A stretch of 60,631 nucleotides of DNA, the filler included, from Hausera hauseri (taxonomy: Eukaryota): the NCBI GenBank assembly GCA_046269625.1. It is 9 parts of 9 records of this genome, joined end to end, with 100 filler letters (N's around TTAATTAATTAA, not from the genome) between each part and the next. Parts side by side here need not be neighbours in the genome. Positions count along the whole stretch, not along the records: positions 14,649 to 24,806 come from JBJURY010229961.1; positions 24,907 to 30,916 come from JBJURY010153755.1; positions 31,017 to 35,617 come from JBJURY010510128.1; 6 more parts are not named here. One strand, 5' to 3'. Positions within the stretch are counted from its first letter, which is position 1; every line of letters begins with the position of its first letter. Both the position numbers and the translations under genes were made by a program. Below, in pieces: positions 22,876-35,717 of this stretch. Under the pieces are notes generated by a model. The model saw only the letters and a program-made list of their open reading frames with translations, was not told the origin of the DNA and searched no databases.

Positions 22876-24515
22876 TTTTCCATTTTCTGTTTTTTAAATA
22901 ATAAATTGGTACATATCGTATACTTAACAAAACATAAACCTTACACACTTACATGACCACATTCGCACAATAACTCATCTCCGATTTTTATATAACTCAT
23001 AATGGCTTTATTCTTGCTAGTCTCCAAGACACTACCTTTTCTCTTTTTTTCCTCTGCCTTACATCAACACCAGAATCCGTGGTGGCATGCTATTTTTACC
23101 AACCAGCGACACCATAGATAAGGCCATTAAAAAATCTAAATCCGTAGTCTATTATCCAAAATCAACCAACAAAACCTCTTCAACTGATCCTATCTTTTTA
23201 CATAAAACCACTCCTACTACACCCTCACATTGTACCGAATATATTATCGACCACGAAAATTCTAGCAAGACATGTATTAACTTCCACCAGTTCTGGCTAC
23301 AATCCAACGGCATCACTGATTCGCTAATCATAGCTCATAACCTACTTTGTCTCTTACCGACTGCATTAAAAACGTCCATTCATGACTTGCTAGACATCTT
23401 CCAGCAACCTAATCAATACACACATCTTTATAATGCCGTTTAAAGCTTACCGAACCATCTATGGACTATATAATTCATCGGTTCTTCAACGAAAATGCTA
23501 TGGGACAGTAAAAACCGTCCGATTTCCTTAGAACTTCGCTCGCTCAACTTCAAACACTTGGCGTAACTAAACAACATAATGCCGATCTTTTGCAAGGCTA
23601 CTTTTTGAACGCATTGCCCATACAAATTAGAGCCTTACTTACCGTTGTCGAAGAATCGACGACTCTTGATAAATTGGCCGAACTGGCAGACAAAAGATAC
23701 GAAGTTTTGCATGTACACACTAAACCAGTCATTTCCGCAGCTGCTACTACCAACAACACTACATTAGAACAGCAATTAATTCAACTAGAGCCAAAAATGC
23801 GACCTTACAAACAACAATAATTAATATCAACAATAAACTTAACGAGATTTCGTTGACTCGACGAGGCAGTTTTGTTTTTAACTGTACTCGTTCCCTGTCT
23901 AGGGTCCCATCACATTTGTCTGTACGATCACTGATTTGCTATTATCATTGTAGATTTGATAATAAGCACAAAAATGTATCGTTGGACGCAAATTTTACAC
24001 CCAGAAGTACCATACTAACAACATTGTTTGCATATACCATGCAAAATTTAAACATAATGCACACAAATGAATCTCAGGTTGCACTTTTAACAACAACACA
24101 CAGTATTCAAACGATGGACGTACTAACTTCACTTCTAACAACCGTTCAGGTTCTCCTCTTTCAAAAAACTAACTCCGCCCGCAAAGTTTACGGCGACCAC
24201 TGGCGACGGCCATTCTTTGCATTCTGATAGCCGAAAATTTTCTTTTGCTGTATTTACGTTAAGAGCTTCTACCATCACACTGCCATATCAACACATAAAC
24301 TTTCTTATCGACACAGGTGCAGAGATATCGTTATTACCGCTCATCTTTCCAGTCCAAAACGTACAATGTAAAACAAAATCTCTTTCTATACCTTCCGGAC
24401 AGTTGTTACACGTTTCGGGACCTCTAGATTTTCTTTCACTTTGCCAAACTTTCCTTCAAAGTTTCACTGGAAATTTACCGTTGCAAATGTCCAGACAGCC
24501 ATTCTAGGGTCGATT
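22876..24515 (+). pseudogene. Family A Ubl-gag-protease (copy 2)
   Basis: SIFCFLNNKLVHIV...FYITHNGFIL...RIRGG-M(23087), followed by the gag core, two CHCC-type motifs and protease FLIDTGAEISLLP. Confidence 0.88.
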
Positions 24516-24806
24516 GGTAGTGTGCTAGGCGACGGTGCCGTTAGGTACCGTTGCTAAGCACATTTTTGCACATGTCACAAATCGATAGCTGCACATTGCA
24601 CAGTTGCTCAAATCGATCGGGACAGTGCTAATCAATAGTTCACATCAAGGTGCATTTTGATATACACTGTGCAGGTGCGCAGCACATGTGCAAATGTGCA
24701 AAAATCAATAATATCGGTTTGCCGATATTTCCAATATTGATGATTATCACATGGCACCGGGTGCAATCGATTGAAAATACGGTGCACTATGTGAATTTGC
24801 AATTAG
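24516..24806. other. Unrelated non-coding insertion interrupting the protease (TGCACA/GTGCA-rich)
   Basis: Homology to the copy-3 protease stops after AILG.D. The following sequence has many TGCAC/ATCGAT motifs. Confidence 0.5.
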
Positions 24807-24906
24807 NNNNNNNNNNNNNNNNNNNNNNNNNNNNNNNNNNNNNNNNNNNNTTAATTAATTAANNNNNNNNNNNNNNNNNNNNNNNNNNNNNNNNNNNNNN
24901 NNNNNN
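24807..24906. other. Artificial contig linker
   Basis: N44-TTAATTAATTAA-N44. Confidence 0.98.
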
Positions 24907-25862
24907 ATTTGATACATAATCTCGATTCTCCGCCCTAAAACAAGTAATTTCACTTTAAATTCTACAGAAGTCCTTGGACCTTTTGAAAATGAACAGCAAT
25001 ATCCGGTATACTATTTTTTGGATAGACTTTCAACATCCATAATTTCCCAATCCTATACATCAACTAGATTTTACCAGTTTACTTGCGATCTGTACATATT
25101 CGATCAGATGATAACTTCTAAAAGGAACATGTCTGTTTTTGTTAAAGGACTTTACTACCTTCTTCAGGAGTTTTTCCGACAAACTGTGTATAATATTCCT
25201 TGTTATGTTGAAGGAAAGTTAGCTCTGCCTGAACCGAACTTTATTAGCTCTGATGACTTACTTGCAATTCTAATGGACTTACCCTTTTACAAAATGCGTC
25301 GATATAATATTATAGTCTGTTTTACAAATCCTGACCTATACAAACTGGGTCAGAAACGTAAAATGAGAATAGTTTTTTCGGTACCGAAAACCGACGACAT
25401 ATCCATAATTGAAAGAAATAAAATATTTAACAAAACTGTTACATTTGGGCATTACAAAGTAGAATGCCACATACAAAAAGTGACCATAGGTAATGTTACA
25501 TTCCGCAGAGAACCTATACAACAATGACCAAAACAATCATATTAATACCAAATACTTCCATATTATGCGACACCCGCAGTTCTTACTTATTACTGGAGTC
25601 CATGAAGTGTTCTATTGAACCGGAATATTTAATAAACAACAGCAACGACACGACGTATAAGAGACGTTTTCGACTAGGACAATATCCGCGAAATCTTAAC
25701 TCCAATATTCTGAAAGAATTTCAAAGAATTATTTCGGGCTTCGTTCCAGACGGAATACCAAGCTCCATTTATCGATCATATCCTTTAAAGGAAATAGCAA
25801 TTCTCTTGGTTTCTAATGAACAAGTGGAGATACCACACTGCCCATCTTGCTGTTCATCCCCA
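24907..25862 (+). pseudogene. Unidentified coding region upstream of Ubl-gag (5' cargo of family A copy 3)
   Basis: ORFs 25018-25527 and 25524-25922. The latter is in frame with the Ubl. There is no visible similarity to the cargo of copies 1 or 2. Confidence 0.5.
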
Positions 25863-27200
25863 TCATTTTGTCCACTTTTTTCTAATAACAAATTAATACA
25901 TACCGCACATATGACACAGTGAAACGACAGAACACAATTTTATGACCTAATTCATAAAACCACCGCCTTCAATGACTTCTATTTGACACACAACGGATTC
26001 ATTTTAACGGACCTCCCACACATCAAGTTTTCACAACACTTTAACTTTATTCACATCTACTTTAGAATCCGTGGAGGTATGATTTCTTCACCAACCAGTG
26101 ACATCACAGATAAGGTGATTACAAAACCCAAATACATTGCCTACTGTCCTAAATCACACCATCTAACTTTTTCAGCCGATACTAGTTTTCTCACAAAACC
26201 CCTACAATGACACCTTCACATTGCTCCGAATACTTTACAGTCAATGAAAATTCTAGTAAGACGGCTCCACTTCCATCAACTTTGGCTACAATCCAACGGC
26301 ATTACCGATTCGTTAACCAAAGCCCATAATCTACTCTACCTCCTACCAAACTCCATAAAGACCTCAATCCATAACTTATTGGATATCTTTCAACATTCTC
26401 ACCCTTATACGCAGTTGTTCAACGCCGTATTAAAACTAACAGAACCACCGATGGACTCGATAATACAACGATTATATAATGAAAAAGCAATGGGGACACA
26501 AAAGCCTAGTGATTTCTTACGCACCTCGTTGGCCCACTTACCTACCCTGGGTGTCACCAAGGAACACAATCCGGATCTACTCCGCCGATATTTTCTTAAT
26601 GTTTTACGTATTCAAATTAGGGCTTTACTTACTGTTGTTGAGGATTCTACAGCTTTAGATAAACTAGCTGAATTGGTCCATAAAGCACACAAAGTTTTAC
26701 AAATACAAACACAACTCATCATAGCAGCCGCAATCACGACCGACGACAGCCAACGACATATATCTATCGAACACCAATTAAACCAGTTACGCGCCTAAAA
26801 TGCTGCACTACAACATACAATCAATAACATCAATGATAAGCTGAATGACCTTTCCTCACATCGATGGAATGCTTCCTCACCTCACGAACACGTTCTATGT
26901 CGAGAAATCGAACACTGTCACCAACGCGATCATTTATATGTTATTATCATAACAAATTTAATAATAAAGCAAATAAATGCTGTTTGGGCCGTAGATATTA
27001 TTCCTCGCATCTACACTCAGATAACATTGTTTGCATCTATCATGCAAAATTTGGATCAAATGCTCGGAATTGTATTTCAGGCTGCCACTATAAAACTAAC
27101 CATAACTACACCACTGATAGACGTTCCAGTTTCTCTAACATTAACCGTCCCAACTCACAATCAAAAAAACTGATTTCGCCGCCAGTATTCACGGCAAATT
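25863..27200 (+). pseudogene. Family A Ubl-gag (copy 3)
   Basis: SFCPLFSNNKLIH...FYLTHNGFILTD...FIHIYFRIRGG-M(26079), then the gag core and twin CYYH.KF...A..C / CIYH.KFG..A..C..GC motifs (CsRn1/Boudicca-type CHCC). Confidence 0.9.
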
Positions 27201-27228
27201 CTGGCAAAGGCAACTTATCTAATTCTTC

Positions 27229-30200
27229 TTGCTGCCACACTTTTTTGCAGTCTTTACACTAAAAGCTGCTATCTCCACTTCTAACATTCAATCCATAGAC
27301 TTTCTCATTGATAGCGGTGCAGCGATCTCATTACTGCCACTTTCCTTTCCAATTCAACATTCTTCACTTAAAACAAAATCGTTATGCACTGCCTCCGGCC
27401 AACCCCTTCATATTGCCGGAACTTGCAAATTATCTTTTACTCTCCCAAAATTTTCCTCACCATTTCATTGGACGTTTACAGTCGCAAACGTCCAGACGGC
27501 AATACTTGGCTCCGATTTCCTGTCGTAATATAACTTGCTAGTTGATTGTAACCAATGATGTCTGAAATCAAATACACCTAAAGACTATAGTACAGAAATA
27601 GGCAGACCCACCCCGACGACAGCACATCCAACAGTAAGTAGGCAATCAATCTTAAAACAGTCAACATCACTTCCTATTTCTCGTAACTATCACGTTTTAC
27701 CTCGTAGGCTGTCAAAGAACAATGCCCATAGTCAGTCACAGCTCAGTGTAGACGCTCACGATCTTGTATCTTCAGTAAAATCATTTAACACTAACTCTTA
27801 CTCGAGTAAGATCTCAGACACGACCATCCTACATCAAATTCCATTCGATACCCCACCAACAATAAACCAACATTCACCAAGTACTGCCAGCAACCTCGGT
27901 TCATTGTTACTTCCAATATTCCAACAACTACCAGTACGTTTACAACAATTCATCAATACTTATTGTCTTCGTATACTTCAGAAAGATCGAAATCTCACCT
28001 CTGTAAACGGCATTTACCACAATATAATTACACGACACCAAAGACCAATTCGACAAAAGGTCCGTCCATTGTAACCGCATCTCAGCCAGGCAGTAGAGGC
28101 GGAATTTTTTGAACTCGAATAATCAGGTATTGTCCGTAGATCTAAATACCAGTGGTCGTCGCCTATCCACGTTATCCAAATAAGATGGATTTTTCCGACC
28201 ATCTGGCGATTACCGCCAGCTTAATACTTTAACCATAATGGATGCATATCCACTACCATTAATCAGAGACATATTACATCGGCTTAATACTACTACAGTT
28301 TATTCAACAATTGATTTAGCCAAAGCTTACCACCAAATTCCTGTAGAACCGGAAGACATCGAGAAAACTGCATTTACCACACCTTTCAGTTTTTATAAGT
28401 ATTTGTACATGCCTTTCGGACGACGGAATGCTGCGCAGACTTTTCGTCAACACGCTGACTCAATCCTTTCAGACTTCCCTTTTGCGCACTCATATATTGA
28501 CAATATCTTGGTTGCTTCTTCTTTTGTTAAATTACACGAGGAACACTTACGATCTATCTTTAAACGACTTAATCAGTTCAATCTACAGATCGATTTTGCA
28601 AAGTGTAACTTCTTCCAAAAACTCGTTAATTTTCTTCGACATATTATCTCATCATATGGCCATTCACCTCAACCTGATCACGTTTAGATTTTTGAAAACG
28701 TCTAACTACCTAGAACAACCACAGAAATGCGTAGTTTTCTTAGTACCTTGCATTTTGTCCATAAATATATCCCATATTGTTTAGAACTCACGGCACCTTT
28801 TGCACACTTAAGCGTAGGAAAAAAACACCAGAAAATCCAGTGGACACAACAACTGGTTAACAAGTTTGATAGGCTACGCGAAGGACTAAAGACTGTTGAA
28901 ATACTAACATTTCCTAAGCCTGACACTGAACTAATTTTGACCACAGATGCATCAAACATCGAAGTAGGCGCCGTACTACACCAATTGTATAAAGGCGAAA
29001 ATCAGCCCTTAGAATTCTTTTCCCGAAAATTAACGCCGCCTGACACTAGATATTCAACTTTCGATCGGGAACTGCGGTCAATCGTTCTTGCTTTGAAACA
29101 TTTTCCCCATTTACTTACAGCTCGTTATTTTAGTGTACAGACTGATCACAAACCGTTGATTAATATAATGACAACGAAACACCTTTCAACTCGACAAGAA
29201 CGACAAATTTCATATTTGTCCAAATTTAACTTCGACATTAAACACATTGACGGTGTTGACAATATAGTTGCAGACTTCTTATCTAGATCAGTCGGTTCAA
29301 TCAATTTTTCACCAAGTTTTACTCAGACAAAACTTCAAGAAAATCAGTCATCTCAAGACATTCTCAAGTCATTCAAGTCGGACCACGTCGTTGACGGCGT
29401 GGCCTTAGATACTTCCAAACCAGGACAATCCAAAATAATTCTTGCCCCATTTTTACAGAAAAAAGTATTTGATAGTGTACATTCATTACATCATTCTGGT
29501 GCCAAGGCAACTTTTCGCTTACTTAAACGTCAAGTAGTTTGGCCGTCGATGCGCTCCGATGTGCAAGCATGGGTTAAAGAGTGCGTGGCTTGTCAGAAAT
29601 ATAAAACTATAAAACATTTAAAACAACCATTATACCACTTCCCCTGCACATCACGTTTCGAAACAGTACATATTGATATCGTCGGTCCCTCCCAATAGAG
29701 AACGGCCACTAATTTATTCTGACCATGATGGACCGTTCCTCGCCATGGCCGGGAGCCATCCCGATGCGCAATATAAACACAGACACAATAGCCGATACTT
29801 TCATTCGTACGTGAATTAGGAGGTTCGGGTCCCCTCGTTATATAATTTCAGACCAAGGTCCTCAATTTGAATCAAATCTGTTTAAATCCCTAGTCAACCG
29901 ATTGGGAATAAGCCACATTCATACAACATCTTATCATCCCCAATCGAATGGCCTTCTCGAATGTTTCCACCGAACATTGAAAACATCACTTAGAATCCTT
30001 GCACAGTCCAACACCAATTGGACTACTCTTCTTCCATTCGTTCTGCTTGGCTGGCGGAACACTCCGTCTACTTCCACAGGATGCTCACTAACGGAAGCTT
30101 TATTCAGAACCCCTGTATGGTCATTGTTTGAACTAACCGCTCTTGAAGGGACTTCTACAGATAAAAGGATACGAGCAGCACAGGATCACTTCGTTACAAT

Positions 30201-30916
30201 CAGCAAGGATTCGTTCTGCAGGCTCTTACATAATGACAAATCTTATATACCAGAAGACTTATACTCGGAAAAGTTTGTATGGTTAAAAAATCAGATATCG
30301 TGCGGTTTCCAGCCACAGTACTTAGGACCCTATAAATTAGTGCAGATGCATTCGCACAACGCTATTATCCTCAAAGACGGAAAAGAAGTTGTAAAGCGTA
30401 TTACTAATTTAAAACCCGCCCTTTACGTGGACGATACCTCACCAATCGAAACATCAATCTCTTTCCCCACCCCTGTACCTACCTCTACCCCGACTTCAAT
30501 TTCCCAGTCTACCACACATCATTCCGCTTTTCCCGTTTCTGTGCCTACATGCTCACCTACCAATTCCATTCCTGTCCCAATTTCTCCATTTTCCTCTGCT
30601 CCTACTTTTATCACTACGTTTGCTCCACACACTATTCTATACCTTCGTCTATTTCTACTTCCTCTCTCAACCTATCACCTTCCGAAACTATCGCAGAAAA
30701 CCGAAATAATTCACCTACAATCACCTCTTTTCCCTCTTCTCTATTACCCTCCTCAAACACAACACCCAATCATACTAAACCTGATGTTTCTTTTGCCAAA
30801 CCCCGCCAGCAGTCAGACACTAAAGTAAAGGTACATAATAAATCAGTTACATTCAGTACCTATAGTAGACAATTAAATAACAAAAAATTACAACGTCTTG
30901 TACGCACAAAAACTTA
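27229..30916 (+). pseudogene. Family A pol (PR, RT, RNase H, integrase, S/T/P tail)
   Basis: FLIDSGA, DAYPLP, IDLAKAYHQIP, YIDN (mutated YIDD), TDAS, TDHKPL, H...H..C..C, HIDIVGP, YHPQSNG and GPY, in Gypsy order PR-RT-RH-IN. Confidence 0.95.
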
Positions 30917-31016
30917 NNNNNNNNNNNNNNNNNNNNNNNNNNNNNNNNNNNNNNNNNNNNTTAATTAATTAANNNNNNNNNNNNNNNNNNNNNNNNNNNN
31001 NNNNNNNNNNNNNNNN
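30917..31016. other. Artificial contig linker
   Basis: N44-TTAATTAATTAA-N44. Confidence 0.98.
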
Positions 31017-31259
31017 AATATCGAATAAATTATATTTTGTCTTTGCTTCTTGTTTTATTTTGTTAACCCCTCTGATGGGTGCTCTATTGTTTTATTTCTG
31101 AACAATGTACACACGTTGTTAGACAAATGATGGGTGATCGAGTGAGGGATTGATTTAATCATTAAAATTAATATTAAAATGGATTTAAGATTCAAGCAAA
31201 TACATTGTGTACAGAAACATTTTGAGTAAATACATTGTATTCAGAAACATGGAGTGTAA

Positions 31260-31435
31260 ATACATTACTCTGAAAGTATTACATTAGTTAAAATGGAATT
31301 TCTCTGAAAGTATTACATTGGTTAAAATGGAATTTCTCTGAAAGTATTACATTAGTTAGAATGGAAAAAATATACCATACATTACTCTGAAAGTGTTGCA
31401 TTGGTTAAAATGGTACTCTGAAAGTATTACATTTG
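31260..31435. repeat. Imperfect ~33-bp tandem array (5 copies)
   Basis: ctctgaaagtattacatt(a/g)gttaaaatgg repeated. Confidence 0.85.
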
Positions 31436-31540
31436 ATTTCTCTTAAAATGGATTACATAGTACACCGGGGTAACTGTACACACTAACGCAATCAATATTA
31501 AAGTCGTTGAGATAAAAAGATTATTTCGAATTATTTGATT

Positions 31541-31725
31541 TTGAAAATGCAATGGTGTCGTACTTTCTATTTTAGTTAGGTTAATGCATCAAAATACGCA
31601 AATTGATCTATGAAATATGCAATGGTGTCGTACCTTCTATTTTTGGAATAGTAAGGATTCGGATTGTTTGATTTATGAAATTGATTTATGAAAATGCAAT
31701 GATGTCGTACCTTCTATTTTTGGAA
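31541..31725. repeat. Three spaced copies of a ~30-bp motif upstream of a TATA box
   Basis: tgcaatg(g/a)tgtcgtac(c/t)ttctatttt occurs three times, with GGTATATAAAG at ~31735-31745. Confidence 0.8.
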
Positions 31726-34297
31726 CAATAAACAGGTATATAAAGATAAACGAATAACGTATAAGAACACACGTAAAAGAAAGCGAAAATATAAAACATA
31801 GAGAATTTTTGAAGAAATTAATCTCTGGTGAGAATTGTACGTATTACATTTAGATACCATAATCTGAACTATAGAATCGTTACAATTCTTACAAACTCAT
31901 ATTTGGACGTCATCTACATTGTTGCAATCCTCCGACTTCATATTTGATCGAAAAGAAATGAATCCTAATTTACCGACAAATGATACGACGTTAAATAGAA
32001 TGACAGATGATGCACCTTCCATAGTCGCTTCGGGAGATACTCCAACCCCTAATATATTAACAAATGACGGAGTGCAAAGGAATGTAATTCGAGCATATAA
32101 CGATAATGATGAGTCTAGATTCGGATCAATAAACGGTAAAACATTTGGATTTGCATATTATTAATTAATGAACCCTCATTCGTCGCTCGTTGTATTGATA
32201 TTTTGTAATATTTGTTTTTATAATAAAAATTTGGAAATCTAAAATATAATGGGTATTATGTATGAGATGCGGATAAATAAAATTAAGGGTACAGTATAGA
32301 GTGAAATAATTTACGGAACATTGAGATGCGCCGGAAGGTGGTTCGAAAGGAATTAATAGGGTGGATAATCACTCATGATATAAAAGATGAATAAAAGGAC
32401 TATTACAACAGTTGCAGGTAATATGATATGTTCAATGATTGGAGAAAGACAAAGCGAGTAATAGTAATGTTTTGATTCTTACGGATTTTCTTTATAAATA
32501 ATGATTTTGAAGGGATATGAAGTCAATATAATATAAACAACAAGCACTGTTATTTTTTGATATACGATATATTGAAGTCATATTGGACAGATATTTAATG
32601 TGTCGTCCTAGAGATCTCGAGGCGAAGCATAAAAGGGAACGTTATGGTCAAATGACTAAACTTATTGACAAATTATACTTGGGAAGAAATAGTTATCCCT
32701 TGGAATCAACTACGTATGAAATTATCTCATTTGAATATAAGTAGGTTGGTTGAGTACGAGTGAATCATTAAATTTATGTATGAAATATAGAGGGGCTGAA
32801 ACATTTCTACTGTTTGTAACGATCCCAGAGAGTATAGAATTGTGAAAACCTTATACCTGTCGATGACGGTCGGAAGTATACAGATGGCGGAAGAACCATT
32901 ATACGATAGAATGTACAAAACAATAAAAGATAGAATTCGAGAGATGAGGGGGATTATTTGTATGGTATTGTCAGATCATTCCGATGAACCTCATGTTGTA
33001 TTTACTCAATAGGAACGATGATCCTGAATTGATTGGGCCTTTGTGCGTTTTGAATGTTGAATATTTATAAAGAGGCAAGTATGGTTGCAGGAAGTGAGTT
33101 GATGGAGTGATGATTATATTGACTAATTTTGTCTTCAGAGGGATAGGGCTTGCAACTGAATATTGTTACTGTAAGTATCACGAGCCACCTTTGAGTTGAT
33201 TTTCTTGTTTGTTATTTTTGTATTCATGACCATTGCGTATATAGACTGTAGGTTCCAATATTATTCAGATGGGGTTGTCATGATAAGGCATGTATAAGGT
33301 TATTTGATAATATACATAGGTGACAGTAATAATCATTGAATACTATTACCGAGCGAGACAGCAAAATGTGTGTTCTAGAAATGTTTGAAATCGATAGTAA
33401 GGCACTTACGGATCCAACTTTAAATGTTATGTGTAAAGTATTAAGATTAGTAATTTATAGAGAGAAATGGATGATAGGATGTGTAAAGTATTGATAAATA
33501 TCTTGTTTAATGTCGACTTAGTTCGTTGCCAGTTGTTACGATTTCGAATAACGAATTGATTCACTGGAACTGAAGAGAAAACGGCAGACGGGTATCGATG
33601 ATTCCATCATGGCCCATAACCCTAGGCCCAAAGGATTAGCGGCCACAGATATTATTCCACTTTCCTGTTTGTAAATATATTCCGATAATGTCGGTGTCTT
33701 GTCAATGGAATCTGTTTTTGGAATTATGCTTATGAGAATTAGTGTAATTTATTGGAGTAAATTCATGCCGATAGCTTGAAAGATGTCATACTAACATTAC
33801 GATTATTTTATTAATCCTTCGCGTAGAAATTAGTTCTCCTCCGCCCATATTTGGTAACTAAGGATACACCTGACAGAATGATAATTACTATTGCACAGTA
33901 TAGGGATAGAATGATGGTAGTTGTAAAATTTTGGAGTCGGTATATAGTAATACAAAGTTAATAAGTAAATTTCAACAAAAACGGAACGCCGAGATTTTTA
34001 TAAAAATTCCGTTAATTCTGACACAAAAATGTTGGAGTGTGTGTTTTGAAATTGAACAATTATTAAGTTGATGCATTTAATATGAAGACCCATGTAGAAG
34101 TAGAATATGTAGCAATAATATTAATTTTGTAATTTTGATATTTTTTCACATATTGTAAATAAATTCCTAACTAAAAATTATACTTAAAAAATTTTTAAAT
34201 TATCAAACCTAAAATAAATACCAATAACTTCCAAATATACGTAACTTTAAAATCATATAGTTTAAAATTTATATATAACAACATACAATTATAATTC

Positions 34298-35522
34298 ATG
34301 TTGAAAACAATATCTAATGTAATCTACTTCCAATTTGCTTTGATACGTCGCAGATATGCATTGGGCCCGTGTAGTCTTCTATCATATGTAAAGGCGCAGG
34401 TATTTTATATACCGAACCGCCCTCGGACTCCCCCTTCAGGTATTCGTTTAAGAACCTTTATATGTTGCCCCAAATGGAGAAGTACTCAAACAAATATATA
34501 ATCTTATCTTAACCTAATCTACGAAGAAGCAACAGTCCCAAATCTTGTATTTTTACACTGGTTATATACGTCATCTATTGTCGGTAAAACAAAAGTTTAA
34601 CATTGGCATTTATTCCATTAACAATTGGTTGTACAGTCAAGATAGATTGGATGATTTCAGTTTACTGGCGTTGAATGTGTCCGATCAAATGCAGTCCCGT
34701 TATGCCAACACGGTTTTGCTGGTTTTGCATTTGGTTTATGAAAGCGAAAAGATTAATTTCTTATTGAATAATTATCTGAAAACGTTGGCAAAACCCAGTT
34801 ATTCATTGGCGTATGCGTTGCAGGAGGAAAAGTACGTAGAATATTACATTGGAGATCAACCCGATGTTTGGATGAAATTTAGTTGTTTACCAGAGATTTC
34901 TCATTTGGTTGGTGACAAGTATGATTTTTCATGGTGCAAAGAACCTCCAAATTGGGCTGTGTAGTTTTTGGGGATTATTATTAAAAAACTAGAGGTAGGT
35001 TTAAACTGTCCGATAGTAGACGGATTGAATGAAAGTTTATTAACGTTGATGAACGTTTGGCTGGTCATATTTCGGCATTCGGTTCTGCTGAGTAATGGTG
35101 TTCAAGAAGTGAATTTCCATTTTTATCGGTATCATCTCGACTAAAAGGGCTTACCGAACCGAACTGAAATCCCCTTATTTCTCGATATTATTTCGTCTAC
35201 TAATAAGGAATTCTTGCAAATGATAATATTAACGAGCGATATACACGTTATTTGGGGGAGATAAACTGTCAAAATGATGATTTCGATCGTAAAAAAAACA
35301 TGTTTATCAATTATTTTGCGAATACTATGTCATCCGAGCAATCACGGTACAACGAGTACTATTCCGCCATCTCTGTACAATTTATTTGGCCGGGATTATC
35401 TGGAAAAGCAAAGAAATCTCATCTTGCCCCTGTTGAAGAGCAAGAGTTTGAGATCAGACTTATCAATTTTTAACGAACTGTATTCGTTTGATAAAACGAG
35501 GAAGAACTGCCTTTTGTACTAG
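34298..35522 (+). pseudogene. Unidentified degraded coding region
   Basis: Series of co-oriented ORF fragments (67, 139, 73 aa) with protein-like composition. No family recognised. Confidence 0.3.
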
Positions 35523-35617
35523 AGTAGCACTGTCAAACCCCATAAACAATCTCCGTCAGATCTAATCGGTTGAGCATAAACAGTTCGATTGATGATTACC
35601 ATCTTTATGCCATTTGT

Positions 35618-35717
35618 NNNNNNNNNNNNNNNNNNNNNNNNNNNNNNNNNNNNNNNNNNNNTTAATTAATTAANNNNNNNNNNNNNNNNNNNNNNNNNNN
35701 NNNNNNNNNNNNNNNNN
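35618..35717. other. Artificial contig linker
   Basis: N44-TTAATTAATTAA-N44. Confidence 0.98.

Noticed and set aside
15860-30916. Alternative genetic code or programmed readthrough explaining in-frame stops
   Set aside because: All three stop types occur, at different positions in sibling copies and alongside frameshifts. This is ordinary pseudogene decay.
31260-31725. Spaced repeats resembling a CRISPR array
   Set aside because: The units are degenerate, spacing is irregular, the intervening sequences are related to each other, there are no cas genes, and the context is eukaryotic.
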